Shown here: positions 10,207-20,541 of the stretch, in pieces
Layout of the letters: each line of letters starts with the position of its first letter
Numbering within the stretch: the stretch's first letter is position 1
Assembly: GCA_039028055.1 (NCBI GenBank)
Contig: JBCCIW010000001.1
Span: 1,166 to 65,165 of the forward strand
Direction: 5' to 3'
From: Pseudomonadota bacterium
GTDB lineage: Bacteria; Pseudomonadota; Alphaproteobacteria; Caulobacterales; Hyphomonadaceae
Length of the DNA stretch: 64,000 nucleotides
The notes under the pieces: generated by a model
Databases searched by the model: none
Seen by the model: the letters and a program-made list of their open reading frames with translations, nothing else
What the model was told of the DNA's origin: nothing
Program-made: the position numbers and the translations under genes

Positions 10207-12571
10207 TGAAGCCCTGCACGAGACCGTCGATGAACGCACCCTTATGCCAGACTGGTATGCCCGCGAGAAGCGCCTCGCGCATATGCTGCCCTATGTCAGT
10301 CTGGTCGACGACAACACCGTCCGCACTCGTGTAAATGAGCTCTTCCAGTGCGTTCGGCTCAGCGGGGTGAACAGCTACACCACGGACGATACCTATCTCG
10401 ACAAGGTCACGGCGCTCTTTGCCCGGATCATCGCGCAGCTCGGGCCGGAGTTCAGCTACTACGTGCACAAGGTCTCGAAGTCGATCACCCCGGACCTGCT
10501 CCCGGTCCGGGGCGACGGCTTCGCGGCGACGGTGGATGAGGCCTGGCGCACAAAGCTCGCCTCGGCAGGCCTCCGGGACAAGACCCTCACACTCACCATC
10601 ATCCACCGCCCGCCGCCCAGAAGTTTTCTGGGTTTCGTGAACCGTTCCGCGCCGGAGCGGTTCAAGGAAGAAACCGCGAAACGGATCAGACGCCTCAAGG
10701 AGGCGGTCGGGGTCTTCACCTCCGGCCTGGCGGAACTCAAGCCCCGCATCCTTTCAGCAGACTCTGGTGAGTTGGTTGGATTCCTCGGCGCGCTCAACAC
10801 GGGCCGGGAACTGCCGCTCTACCCGGCAAACCGCTACGGGTTTCTCGCCTACAACGTAGCCAACACGCGCGTGACGTTTCTCGAAGATCACTTCGAGCTC
10901 TCTGACGGCGTGGTCGGCCACCGCTTCGGCAAAAGCTTCGCCATCGGCGAATATGCCGAAGGCACCACCTGCACCATGTTCGACATGCTCAACCTTCCGG
11001 TCGACATGATCGTCACCCATTCCTTCACGCCGATCAATTCGAACTTGATGGCGGGCCGGATCAAGCGCCAGAAGCGCCAGATGCAGGCCTCCCAGGATGC
11101 CGCGCTCTCGCTCCTCGAGGCGCTCGACATCGCGCACGACGATCTGGAAGCCAAACGCCAGAGCTTCGGCGAACACCACATGGTGGTGACCGTCTTTTGT
11201 GACTGTCTCGACGAGCTGCAGACCCTCGGAGCCGAGATCGTCAATGCCGCGGCCGCCGAGGGCGTGAAGATGATCGGCGAGCGGATGGCCGCGAAATCGC
11301 ACTACTTCAGCCAGCATCCGGGAAACCAGCCGAAACGCGTCCGAGCCAGCGCCGTCACCAACCGCAACTTTGCGGATTTCGCAGCACTTCATCGCACGCA
11401 GCTCGGCAAGGAGAAACACCAGCTGCCCTGGGGCCAGGAGACCACGCTCTTTCCGACGCCGGAACAGAGCGCCTATCGTTTCTCCTACCACGAGCAAGGC
11501 TCGCCAGAGAAAGAGCCCACCAGCGGACATACTCTCATTCTTGGGCGTCCCGGTTCCGGCAAATCCGTCCTCTCAGCCTTTCTGATGACGCAGGCCCGCC
11601 GGGTCGGCGCCCGCATCTTCGTCTTTGATTATCGGCTCGGGATGGAAATGGCCGTCCGCGCCAATGGCGGGCGCTACGCCTCGATCAAGGCGGGACAGGC
11701 GACCGGCCTCAACCCGCTCTGGACCGAGATCGATGAGCGCGGCACGGCCTGGCTCTCGGATTGGCTCGCCTCGCTCCTCTATCGCTCCGACAAGCCCCTG
11801 ACCCCGGCCCAGACCAACCGCATCCAGGAGGTGGTCCGCCAGAACGCCACTGCCACTAACCCCGCTCTTCGCAACTGGAAGGATTTCGCGTCGCTCTTTG
11901 TCTCGACCGACGACAATGGCGATCTGCATCAGCGGCTCTTTGAGTGGACCGAGGACGGCCGCTACGGGTGGATCTTCGGCCAGAGCCTGGAGGACACGTT
12001 CTCGCTTGAGGGCGATGTCGTGGGCTTCGACCTGACCGGCATTCTCGACAGCGAGAGCGAGAAGGAGCGCATGGCGGTCCTCTCCTACCTCTTCCGCCGG
12101 ATCGAGCGGGAGATTGAGGACCGGCGACCCACCATCATCGTGATCGACGAGGCATGGAAGGCGCTCGACAACCCGTACTTTGCCGAACGGCTCTCGAACT
12201 GGCTGGTGACCGCCCGGAAACAGAACACGGTCGCGGTGATGATGACCCAATATGCGAGCCAGCTCGAACGCACACGAACCGGCAAAACCATCGTCGAGGC
12301 GGTGCCGACGCAGATCCTGCTCCCCAACATCCGGGCCCATGCCTCGGACTACGCGATGCTCAACCTCTTCGAGAAAGAGCTCGACGTGCTCTTGAACACC
12401 GGCAGCGACAGCCGCCTTGCCCTCATCCGCGACGACAGCGGTTCCGTGGTCGTCGATGCCGACCTCTCCGCGCTTGGCCCCCTCCTCACCATCCTCGGCG
12501 GCATGGAGAAGGGTGAGGCCCTCGTTGGCCCCGACTACCGCGACCGTCCTGATTTCTGGAGGCTCTCATGA
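10196..12571 (+). CDS. virB4: VirB4 T4SS ATPase
   Basis: 791 aa with Walker A GRPGSGKSV and Walker B IIVIDEAW. Confidence 0.95.
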   Translation: MRHSEALHETVDERTLMPDWYAREKRLAHMLPYVSLVDDNTVRTRVNELFQCVRLSGVNSYTTDDTYLDKVTALFARIIAQLGPEFSYYVHKVSKSITPDLLPVRGDGFAATVDEAWRTKLASAGLRDKTLTLTIIHRPPPRSFLGFVNRSAPERFKEETAKRIRRLKEAVGVFTSGLAELKPRILSADSGELVGFLGALNTGRELPLYPANRYGFLAYNVANTRVTFLEDHFELSDGVVGHRFGKSFAIGEYAEGTTCTMFDMLNLPVDMIVTHSFTPINSNLMAGRIKRQKRQMQASQDAALSLLEALDIAHDDLEAKRQSFGEHHMVVTVFCDCLDELQTLGAEIVNAAAAEGVKMIGERMAAKSHYFSQHPGNQPKRVRASAVTNRNFADFAALHRTQLGKEKHQLPWGQETTLFPTPEQSAYRFSYHEQGSPEKEPTSGHTLILGRPGSGKSVLSAFLMTQARRVGARIFVFDYRLGMEMAVRANGGRYASIKAGQATGLNPLWTEIDERGTAWLSDWLASLLYRSDKPLTPAQTNRIQEVVRQNATATNPALRNWKDFASLFVSTDDNGDLHQRLFEWTEDGRYGWIFGQSLEDTFSLEGDVVGFDLTGILDSESEKERMAVLSYLFRRIEREIEDRRPTIIVIDEAWKALDNPYFAERLSNWLVTARKQNTVAVMMTQYASQLERTRTGKTIVEAVPTQILLPNIRAHASDYAMLNLFEKELDVLLNTGSDSRLALIRDDSGSVVVDADLSALGPLLTILGGMEKGEALVGPDYRDRPDFWRLS

Positions 12572-12735
12572 TCCGCCCCCTCATCCTCCTCGCCGCACTC
12601 GGCGTTCTCTCTTCCTGCGCCGAATATCGCGAGCCCCAGGCCAACTGCTTCGCCTTCCGCGCCTCGCTAGATCAGGTCGAGCCGGATTGCATCTTCACAC
12701 CCATCGGAAACGCGGAAGACGGCGTTGAGGTCTAG
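12568..12735 (+). CDS. small T4SS lipoprotein (VirB7-like position)
   Basis: 55-aa ORF absent from the ORF track. MIRPLILLAALGVLSSC carries a lipobox (LSSC). The ATG overlaps the virB4 stop (ATGA). Confidence 0.55.
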   Translation: MIRPLILLAALGVLSSCAEYREPQANCFAFRASLDQVEPDCIFTPIGNAEDGVEV

Positions 12736-13879
12736 GGTCGCACATATCCTCCTGGCGGCTCTCCTGCCGGCGGCCGCGGTCGCCCAGGGCGTTCCCACCA
12801 ACGATTCCGGGCTGACGGCCCGCGATATCGTCGAGACGGGCGACCGGGACGCCGACCTCGCCGTCCAACGTGAGAAACTCACCGTCGAAGAGCTGCTGAC
12901 CGAGATCAAACGGGAACAGCTCGCCACGCTGCGCGCGATCCTCGACGCGCAGACGAGCTTCGGAGGCCAGGGTCTGCCGGGCATGGTCGCCGATCTGGAA
13001 AGCGGCAGCAGCGATCCGGACCGGTCCGCAGCGGCGGTCTATGGCTCCGGCGATGTCGATCCCAATCCGGGCGGCGCGGGTATGTTCGGAGATGCGGCAG
13101 AAAACATCGAGCAGCTGATCATCCGGGTCGCCCAGGAGACCCACGGGCGGCCCGGGGTCGGGCAGGCCGGTCTTTCCGTCGTGCAATGGCGCGCCCTCTT
13201 GCAGGCGCTCATCTGGCAGGAGAGCCGCTTCTCAATCGGCGCACGCTCGCCCGTGGGCGCCTTCGGCCTCACCCAGATCATGCCGGGCACCGCGAGCGAT
13301 CTCGGCATCAACCCGGAATATTATGACAGCCCCTACCTGCAGGTGACAGGCGGCGCGCGCTACCTCGCGGCGCAGCTCGCCACCTTCGACGGCAACGTCG
13401 TCAACGCGCTCGCGGCCTATAACGCGGGTCCGGGCCGGGTGTTCGAATATGGCGGCGTACCGCCCTTCAAGGAGACCCAGCACTACGTCAGGGTCATCCC
13501 CGAACGCTACAATCTCTACCTCTCGCGAATCGGTGGCATCGAGGCGCTCGGCACAATCGACCCCGCGCTTCTCGCCAACGCCCATCTCTCGCTCAGCGGG
13601 TTCGGCGCCGCCTTCTACGGCAGCAATTCCCCCGCCGCCATCCGGCAGGCCGCCCTGCGCGTCCAGGACATCGTCACCCGGATCGGCAGCACCGAGGACC
13701 TCCAGGAGAGCATGGCGCTCAACACCTATGCCCGCGCCGAACTGGTCCGGCTGATGGTCGCGCGCATTCGCCTGAAAGCTGCCCGGACCCAACCGCTCAG
13801 TGCCGCCCAACTGGCCCAGACCGCGGCCCGCATGGCCGAGAACGAATTCATGGAGTTCACATTGGAGGATCTGGATTGA
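12725..13879 (+). CDS. second lytic transglycosylase (SLT domain) with N-terminal coiled-coil region
   Basis: Signal peptide (ILLAALLPAAAVAQG). SLT motifs WQESRFSIGARSPVGAFGLTQIMPGTA and AAYNAGPGRVFEYGGVPPFKETQHYV. Confidence 0.8.
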   Translation: MRSRVAHILLAALLPAAAVAQGVPTNDSGLTARDIVETGDRDADLAVQREKLTVEELLTEIKREQLATLRAILDAQTSFGGQGLPGMVADLESGSSDPDRSAAAVYGSGDVDPNPGGAGMFGDAAENIEQLIIRVAQETHGRPGVGQAGLSVVQWRALLQALIWQESRFSIGARSPVGAFGLTQIMPGTASDLGINPEYYDSPYLQVTGGARYLAAQLATFDGNVVNALAAYNAGPGRVFEYGGVPPFKETQHYVRVIPERYNLYLSRIGGIEALGTIDPALLANAHLSLSGFGAAFYGSNSPAAIRQAALRVQDIVTRIGSTEDLQESMALNTYARAELVRLMVARIRLKAARTQPLSAAQLAQTAARMAENEFMEFTLEDLD

Positions 13880-14706
13880 TGCCCCGCAGAATGTTCATTT
13901 CAGCACCGCTTCGCACGTTGACCCTGGCCAGCGTCTTGGCGCTTTGCTCGCCTTTCGTGACCAGTGCCCCAGTCCTGGCCCAAGGCGTGCCGGTCGTGGA
14001 CACCCAGAACATCGCCCAAAACATCCAGCAGCTCCGGCAGATGATCGAGGACGAGATCCTGCAAAACGAGCAACTCGTGCAGCTCCGCGAACAGCTTGCC
14101 ACGCTTACGGAGCAGCTCGCCGAGCTACAACGAACATATGAGGCGTTGACGCGTCTGGCAGAGCTGCCCGAAATCATCCGGACTCAGATGGAGGACGAGC
14201 TGAACGGTCTCCTGGACCAGGAGTTCGGCGACATCATCGCCACGATTCAAGCCATCAAGACGGGGGATTTCTCCGGGCTCACCGGATCCGGCGCCGGCGA
14301 GATCGAAACCCAGATGGACCGGGTGCTGGCCGATCTCGGCTTCGACGAGGACACGCTCTCGGAAATGGCGCGCAGCGGCAATCCAGGGGCCGAGCGCGTG
14401 GCGACACAGGCCACCACCGGCGCGCTGGTCTCGGCCGCCGCCCAGAACAGCTACGAGGATGCCGGGCAATCGCTCGAACGTGTCGACCGGCTCGTCGGGC
14501 TCATCGACGACATGGATGAGCTCAAAGAGAGCGTCGATCTCAACACGCGGGTGACGGCCGAACTTGCCATCGCGCTCGTCGCCATGTGGCAGCTCGAAGC
14601 GATCCAGACCGTAGGAGATGGCACCGGCGGCGTGATCGATGCCGCCACCATCGCCGAAGAACAACGCTTCATGGAGTTCACGCTCCCGGAACTGAGCGCG
14701 GATTGA
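13876..14706 (+). CDS. secreted coiled-coil T4SS protein (VirB5-like by position)
   Basis: Signal peptide and heptad-rich sequence. It lies between the SLT gene and virB8. The assignment is positional only. Confidence 0.45.
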   Translation: MMPRRMFISAPLRTLTLASVLALCSPFVTSAPVLAQGVPVVDTQNIAQNIQQLRQMIEDEILQNEQLVQLREQLATLTEQLAELQRTYEALTRLAELPEIIRTQMEDELNGLLDQEFGDIIATIQAIKTGDFSGLTGSGAGEIETQMDRVLADLGFDEDTLSEMARSGNPGAERVATQATTGALVSAAAQNSYEDAGQSLERVDRLVGLIDDMDELKESVDLNTRVTAELAIALVAMWQLEAIQTVGDGTGGVIDAATIAEEQRFMEFTLPELSAD

Positions 14707-14713
14707 GGACTGA

Positions 14714-15373
14714 TTGTTGGACGAAGAAACCGCCATCATCGAGGAGGAACTGGTCTACGGCGCGCTGAGACGGGAACGGCTCTGGCAGCGCCTGGGACTC
14801 TTCGGCCTTGGCTTTGGCATCCTGGGCTGCCTCAGCGCGGCCGCCGTGGCCATCCTTGATGTCGATCCGCCCCCAGTGGTGGTGCCCTACGACCCCGCGA
14901 CCGGCTTCGCCCTGCCTGAAGCCTCTGTCGGGACCACCAACGTCACCGAGAACCGCGCCATTATCGAGGCGGAAGTTTTCCGCTACGTGACCGACCGCGA
15001 GGTTTACAACCAGCTCGACAATGACGTGCGCATCCGCAGCGTGCTGCGCCGTTCGGACCGTGCAGCAGGGGCCTCGCTGCGCCAGATCTGGAACTCGGCC
15101 AATGCCGACTATCCCCCGACCGTCTATGGACCCAACGCCCGCCTCGATGTCGAGATCCTCAGCATCAACCTGATCGGCAACAACCGGGCCACGGTGCGGC
15201 TTCGCAAGCGCCTGACTTCGATTCAGGGGGTTCAGGCGGGCCTCTTCACCGCGACGCTCCTCTTCGAGTTCCGCCCCGAAGAGAGCCGCTCCATCGACCA
15301 GGTCTGGACCAACCCGTTTGGCTTCACGGTCGTCGAATACGCGATCCGCTCGGACAGATTGGAGAACCAGTAA
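14714..15373 (+). CDS. virB8: VirB8-like T4SS protein
   Basis: 219 aa with a single N-terminal TM (LGLFGLGFGILGCLSAAAVAIL) followed by a periplasmic domain. Positioned before virB9. Confidence 0.7.
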   Translation: MLDEETAIIEEELVYGALRRERLWQRLGLFGLGFGILGCLSAAAVAILDVDPPPVVVPYDPATGFALPEASVGTTNVTENRAIIEAEVFRYVTDREVYNQLDNDVRIRSVLRRSDRAAGASLRQIWNSANADYPPTVYGPNARLDVEILSINLIGNNRATVRLRKRLTSIQGVQAGLFTATLLFEFRPEESRSIDQVWTNPFGFTVVEYAIRSDRLENQ

Positions 15374-16165
15374 GTGCGCTTCCGGAACAAGAAATCAGGG
15401 AACGCCTTGCCAGCGTCCCAAAAGCGCGAGACGCGCCAGGGTATTGGCAATGCGAAACTCACCGGACACGCCAGGGCGTTCCTCGCGGCCTTTCTAATGG
15501 TCTCACTGTTTGCGCCCCACGCGTCAGCCGAGGCGATCCCGCGCGGGGGACCCAACGACCACCGCGTGCGGGTCGCCTCCTATCAGGAAGGCCAAGTCTA
15601 CAGGCTGAACGTCTCCCTGACCCATGTCACGACCATCGAGTTCGGGGCAGGAGAGAGCATCCGCTCAATCATCGCCGGCGACACGGAAGGGTTTGAGATC
15701 GACGGTGTGCCCGGCGGGCGGGCCTTTGCGATTAAACCCGTCGCGCGCGGCGTCCACACCAATGTCACCGTCTACACCAACAGACGGAGTTACTATTTCA
15801 ACGTGAACGAGGTCTCGAGCCCGACTTTCTATGTCGTGCAGTTCCGCTACCCCGAGGACAATCGCCGCCCTTCCAACGCCATCGCGCGCGCCGCACCGAA
15901 TACCAATTACGGGGCCAGCGCACGGACGGAGTTCACGCCGACCCGGGTCTGGGACGACGGCACCTTCACCTATTTCGCCTTCCCACGGAACGCGCCCGTC
16001 CCGGCGATCTTCCGGTACACGAACGGGCGCGAGCGCACGGTGAACACGGGCGCGGTCGAAGACGGCGTGATCCGTGTCTCGGGCGTGGGGCGCCAATGGG
16101 TGCTGCGTCTGGGAGAGGACGTGGTCTGTATCGAGGCGACGCCGCCCGCGGAGGCCGCCTCATGA
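15374..16165 (+). CDS. virB9: VirB9/TrbG/CagX-family T4SS protein
   Basis: Signal peptide, then YQEGQVYRLNVSLTHVTTIEFGAGESIRSIIAGDTEGFEI, typical of VirB9. Confidence 0.8.
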   Translation: MRFRNKKSGNALPASQKRETRQGIGNAKLTGHARAFLAAFLMVSLFAPHASAEAIPRGGPNDHRVRVASYQEGQVYRLNVSLTHVTTIEFGAGESIRSIIAGDTEGFEIDGVPGGRAFAIKPVARGVHTNVTVYTNRRSYYFNVNEVSSPTFYVVQFRYPEDNRRPSNAIARAAPNTNYGASARTEFTPTRVWDDGTFTYFAFPRNAPVPAIFRYTNGRERTVNTGAVEDGVIRVSGVGRQWVLRLGEDVVCIEATPPAEAAS

Positions 16166-17544
16166 GTGACAATAACACCGATCTCGAACAGCGCCTCGCC
16201 GCGCTCGAACGGGGCAACCCGCGCCTCGGACCCGCCCCGAAACGCCGCTCACCGCTCCTCGCTCTCCTCCTCGCAGGACTGATCCTGGCGGGCGGCTTGG
16301 TCCTCTTGCTGTTTTCGGGCCCGGGGGAAGAGGTCGCCCTGCCGACCGCCACCCCGGACGAATTCCAAACCGAGGGTGACGGGTTCGGAGAGATCGAACC
16401 CTTCGTGCCGCCGCCCGCCCCGGAACCCGAGATCGTTCTCGTCGAACCAGAACCCAACGCCGAACTTTTGGCACAGATTGCCGCACTCCAGACCCAGATC
16501 CAGGAACTGCGCGACGCGCCGGACACCGACGCCGGGGCGGACAGCGCGGCAGCTGAAGCGATCGATGCGCTGACCGCACGGATCGCCGCCCTACAGGACG
16601 CCTCCGAGAATGCTCAGGAACAATTCCAGGCCGAACTGGCCCAGCGAGATCGGGAGCTGCAACAGCTGCGTATGGACCTGGACCTCGCGCGGCTGGAGGC
16701 CAACAAGCCGGCACCCGCACCGCTCGGCCCCACCGACGAAGAGTTGCGCGCCCGCGAAGAAGAGCGGCTGCGGCGCGAGGAAGAGGCGCGCCGGCTGGCC
16801 GAGCTGCAACGCCGGGCCGAGGAGGAGCGTGCCTTCCAGGAACGGCGGATTTCCTCCCCCGTCATCGCCTTCGGCGGAACGGGCGGCGCCAATGCGGGCG
16901 AGACGGAACTTACCGAACGCACCTTCGGCGAAGTGACGGATTTCGTGCTAAACGGCGCGTTGCCGATCGCCATCACACAAGCCGAAGTCATCGCAAATCC
17001 CTCGAACACGGTCATTCAGGGCACGATGATCCAGGCCGTGATGGAGACGGCACTCGACAGCTCGCTCCCCGGGCAGACCCGTGCCATCATCTCCGAAGAT
17101 GTCTTCAGCTATGACGGCTCACGGCTCCTGATCCCGCGCGGCTCGCGCCTGATCGGACGCTACCGCTCAGGCATCGAGATCGCGCAGCGCCGCGTGACCA
17201 TCGCCTGGGATCGGATCATTCTGCCCAACAATCAGACCGTGCAAATCAGTTCCTTCGGCGGCGATGAGCTTGGCCGCTCCGGCGTCACCGGTTTCGTGGA
17301 CACTCGCTTCGACGAGCGCTTCGGCTCCGCCGCGCTGATCTCCATCATCTCGGCCGCGCCGAACGTGGCATCGGCGCAGGTCGAGGATGAGGCCACCGCC
17401 GAGGTCCTGCAGGATGTGGGCGATGACCTGGCGGATGCCACCGATTCCGTGATCGGCGACTACCTCTCCATCGGGCCCGTCATCTATGTCGATCAGGGCG
17501 CACGCGTCACCGTCATGGTCGATCGCGATTTGGAGATCTTCTGA
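16162..17544 (+). CDS. virB10: VirB10/TrbI-family T4SS protein
   Basis: The ATG overlaps the virB9 stop. The protein has an N-terminal TM, a Pro-rich and coiled-coil linker, and a C-terminal TrbI-like domain (QGTMIQAVMETALDSSLPGQ...IPRGSRLIGRY). Confidence 0.85.
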   Translation: MSDNNTDLEQRLAALERGNPRLGPAPKRRSPLLALLLAGLILAGGLVLLLFSGPGEEVALPTATPDEFQTEGDGFGEIEPFVPPPAPEPEIVLVEPEPNAELLAQIAALQTQIQELRDAPDTDAGADSAAAEAIDALTARIAALQDASENAQEQFQAELAQRDRELQQLRMDLDLARLEANKPAPAPLGPTDEELRAREEERLRREEEARRLAELQRRAEEERAFQERRISSPVIAFGGTGGANAGETELTERTFGEVTDFVLNGALPIAITQAEVIANPSNTVIQGTMIQAVMETALDSSLPGQTRAIISEDVFSYDGSRLLIPRGSRLIGRYRSGIEIAQRRVTIAWDRIILPNNQTVQISSFGGDELGRSGVTGFVDTRFDERFGSAALISIISAAPNVASAQVEDEATAEVLQDVGDDLADATDSVIGDYLSIGPVIYVDQGARVTVMVDRDLEIF

Positions 17545-17545
17545 G

Positions 17546-18544
17546 ATGACGCTGTCCTACCTCCAGGCCTCGCTCGACAAGCTTAAGGACGCCACCCGGG
17601 ACGACGTGATCGAGATCTGCATCAATCCGGATGGCTCTTGCTGGGGTGAGTTCCAGGGGGATCACTTCATGCGGGCACTGGATCAGCGTCTGACGATCAC
17701 GGAGGTGCGCGATCTTGGCAACCAGATCGCCTCATCCGCCAATACGACGATGAGCAAGGACAAGCCCATCGTCTCGGTCTCGATCACCTATCGCGACCGC
17801 CCCATCCGTGCCCAAGTCGTAACCCCGCCCGCGGTGCTATCCGGCATGTCGATCTCGCTCAGGTTCTTCTCGAGCCTACCGATGGACCAGATCGAGCTTC
17901 GTTTCCTCTACGGCGAAGAACGCAAGCTCGAGGAACTGCGTCAGGAAAAAAACCGCGCGCTGCGCAAGGTCGTCGCCTCTGGTGAAATATACGCGGCCAT
18001 CCGCTTCTGCGTCGAGAACAAGCTCAACATGATCGTCTCTGGCGGCACCTCGACCGGTAAGACCGTCGCGGCCCGGAAAATCCTTTCATACGTCCCCGAT
18101 GACGAGCGCATCGTCACCATCGAAGAAGCCGCTGAACTGCTTCCGGCTCAGCCCAATGCCGTGACGCTGATCGCCAACCGCGATGCGGAGTTCCAATCCG
18201 CCGACGTGCTCCTGACCGCGACGCTGCGCATGCGGCCCGACCGGATCATCCTCGGCGAGGTCCGCGGCAAGGAGGCCATGACCTTCCTCGAGGCGATCAA
18301 TACCGGCCATGGCGGTTCGATGACCACGCTCCATGCCGAGACGCCACAGCTCGCCGTCCAGCGTCTCGCCATCGCCGCGCTCAAGACCGAGATCCCGATG
18401 ACCTACCAGGACATGGTCCAATACATCGAAAGTTCGATCGATGTGATCATCCAGGCGGGCCGCGAGGACGGCCAACGCGGCATCACCGAATTCTATCTCC
18501 CCGGAACCGATCTTAGCGGAGGCATGAAACATGAAGCGGTTTGA
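17546..18544 (+). CDS. virB11: VirB11 T4SS ATPase
   Basis: 332 aa with Walker A SGGTSTGKT and the hexameric traffic-ATPase motifs RPDRIILGEVRG and GHGGSMTTLHA. Confidence 0.9.
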   Translation: MTLSYLQASLDKLKDATRDDVIEICINPDGSCWGEFQGDHFMRALDQRLTITEVRDLGNQIASSANTTMSKDKPIVSVSITYRDRPIRAQVVTPPAVLSGMSISLRFFSSLPMDQIELRFLYGEERKLEELRQEKNRALRKVVASGEIYAAIRFCVENKLNMIVSGGTSTGKTVAARKILSYVPDDERIVTIEEAAELLPAQPNAVTLIANRDAEFQSADVLLTATLRMRPDRIILGEVRGKEAMTFLEAINTGHGGSMTTLHAETPQLAVQRLAIAALKTEIPMTYQDMVQYIESSIDVIIQAGREDGQRGITEFYLPGTDLSGGMKHEAV

Positions 18545-18722
18545 ATACGACATCCTGTTCTGCAAGGTGAAGAAGCAGAAGGACTATGAAGAGATGCGGG
18601 GCGCCCTGAACGAACGGGGCGCCGAAGGCTGGGAGGTGATCTCCGCCGAGGCCGGCGACTATGGCTATACCGCGTTCCTCAAGCGTGAGGTCGCGGACCA
18701 GCCAACGGGTTCGTTGACATGA
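18531..18722 (+). CDS. small DUF4177-like protein
   Basis: 63 aa overlapping the virB11 end and coupled to the next gene. The pattern EY..L......K....E..LNERGAEGWEV resembles DUF4177 (from memory). Confidence 0.5.
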   Translation: MKRFEYDILFCKVKKQKDYEEMRGALNERGAEGWEVISAEAGDYGYTAFLKREVADQPTGSLT

Positions 18723-19123
18723 AACGCGCGACCACTCTCCTCTGCCTATTTCTTCTTTTGACGGGCACCATTGCATCGGCCGAACGCGACTTGGTCCCGA
18801 CGCTCGATAATCAACCCGATGTCTGCCCCGATCAGCCGCCCGAGCCGGAGTGGATGCGGAAAACCGAAGCGCGCGATGCCCACAAGCGGCTCCTGGTCCA
18901 GCAAATCTACCGGTTTCAGAGCATGGAACGCATCGTCGAGGCGCAGAGCTGCACATGCGTCACCCGGTATCCGTCTTGGGAGGCCGCTGAGGCGGTCTAT
19001 TTTGATCGCTATTCCTCGGCTGACTATTGGAGCGTGGTCGAGGCGACGTCAGACTATCGCCGACGGGCGAACGATCTCCGAAAGCAGGCCATGCCGATCT
19101 GCGAAGCGGCCGGCAACTGGTAG
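18719..19123 (+). CDS. secreted hypothetical protein
   Basis: 134 aa with signal peptide MKRATTLLCLFLLLTGTIASA and several Cys residues. ATGA coupling to the previous gene. Confidence 0.5.
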   Translation: MKRATTLLCLFLLLTGTIASAERDLVPTLDNQPDVCPDQPPEPEWMRKTEARDAHKRLLVQQIYRFQSMERIVEAQSCTCVTRYPSWEAAEAVYFDRYSSADYWSVVEATSDYRRRANDLRKQAMPICEAAGNW

Positions 19124-19129
19124 CGGGTC

Positions 19130-20209
19130 ATGAGCGTCGTCGCGTATTTCGTGGAAACGGCCGAAGGCTATCTGGACTCGGCGGCGGAAACCCAGTTCGG
19201 GGCCGTAGCCGCCACAGTCGGAACGATACTGGTCCTCGGAACGACGCTCGTGGTCATCCTCGTCTGTCTCAACATGATCTACCAATACCGGTCCATGGAC
19301 GGCCGGACCGCCTTCTGGCTCGCCGTGAAGATCGGCTTGGTCGGAATATTCGCAACCAACTGGGTCCAGTTCAACGCCCTCGCATCCGCCATCCTGAACG
19401 GGATAGACAGCATCGCCGGATCGCTGGTCGCGTCGGTCGGCGGCGGGACGCCAGGACCATCGGGGACCTTTGCTGAGGAGTTCGATCAGCTGATAGCCGC
19501 GCTTGGGGATTACCTGAACGCAGCAGGCTCCGAGTTGAACTGGATGGCTGGCGCGCTCCTCGACACGCTCGGCGTTCTCCTGCTCTCGATCCTCGGAGGG
19601 CTGGCAGCCTTCATCGTTGTCGCCTCCAGGCTCATGATCACGCTGTTGATCGGGATCGCTCCGGTGATGATCTTCCTGACCCTCTTCGAGGTGACCAAGG
19701 ATTATTTCGCGCGCTGGCTCTCGGCGCTGATCTCCTTCGCGATATACCCCATCGTCATCGCCGGCGTCTTCGCAACCATCACCGGGGTCTCGCGCGCATT
19801 GCTCGCCGAACTCGGTGACCCCGAAGGCGCTTCGAACATCGGCGCCCTCCTGCCCTTCTTCATGATGGTCCTCATGGCCAAGGGGTTCATCATCGCCACA
19901 CCCTTCATCGTCCGGTCGGTCTCCGGAAACATCATGATGCCGGCGCTTTCGGCAGGCTTTGGCGGGAGCTATGCGTTCGCGCGGGGCCTGGCAGGCAGCC
20001 AACAGGTCTACAACCGATACGCCATCGGTGGCGCGACCGGTGCCGAATATGCCGCGCTTCGGGCGCGGCAGTTTCTAGGCGTCCAGGCGCTACCGACCCG
20101 CCCTAATGCCGCGGGTGGTGCCCCGGCTGCACCTTCAGGCGACTCATCTGGCACCGGTGCGCGCATGCTTGCGCAACTGGCACGGCTAAGCAGGCTGGGT
20201 CGACGGTAG
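19130..20209 (+). CDS. virB6: VirB6/TrbL-family polytopic T4SS protein
   Basis: 359 aa with multiple TM helices and a Gly/Ala-rich tail. It is the last gene of the virB cluster. Confidence 0.75.
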   Translation: MSVVAYFVETAEGYLDSAAETQFGAVAATVGTILVLGTTLVVILVCLNMIYQYRSMDGRTAFWLAVKIGLVGIFATNWVQFNALASAILNGIDSIAGSLVASVGGGTPGPSGTFAEEFDQLIAALGDYLNAAGSELNWMAGALLDTLGVLLLSILGGLAAFIVVASRLMITLLIGIAPVMIFLTLFEVTKDYFARWLSALISFAIYPIVIAGVFATITGVSRALLAELGDPEGASNIGALLPFFMMVLMAKGFIIATPFIVRSVSGNIMMPALSAGFGGSYAFARGLAGSQQVYNRYAIGGATGAEYAALRARQFLGVQALPTRPNAAGGAPAAPSGDSSGTGARMLAQLARLSRLGRR

Positions 20210-20504
20210 CGCAGACCGGACGAGGCAAGTCTACCGGGAACAGGCTGTCCGCGGGTAAAATCTTTGCTGCCTGCTAGGACCGTGGCAAACAGCATGAATG
20301 GTTTTGCGTTGGTGGCATCGTGCCGCGTCTGGGGACGGCGCATTGCTACAGGATCAGGCGCAACGGCATCGGCGCCGGTGTTGCTGTCTGGGACGTCTAT
20401 CCTGTATCCCGTTCTCACATCAAAGCATTTGACGGCAAGCTTCCTATGGGAAATTGCCGGTAGCGGGCAGTAAATTGCCGCGATGTTCTCGTTGAATTTT
20501 TAAC

Positions 20505-20518
20505 TTGTCACTTGACAA
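20505..20518. promoter_or_regulatory. palindrome TTGTCA-CT-TGACAA overlapping a TTGACA -35-like hexamer
   Basis: AT-rich region. TTGACA, a 16-nt spacer and TATCTA lie just upstream of the GTG at 20542. Confidence 0.4.
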
Positions 20519-20541
20519 TTTAAGAGAGTGGAGTATCTAAG

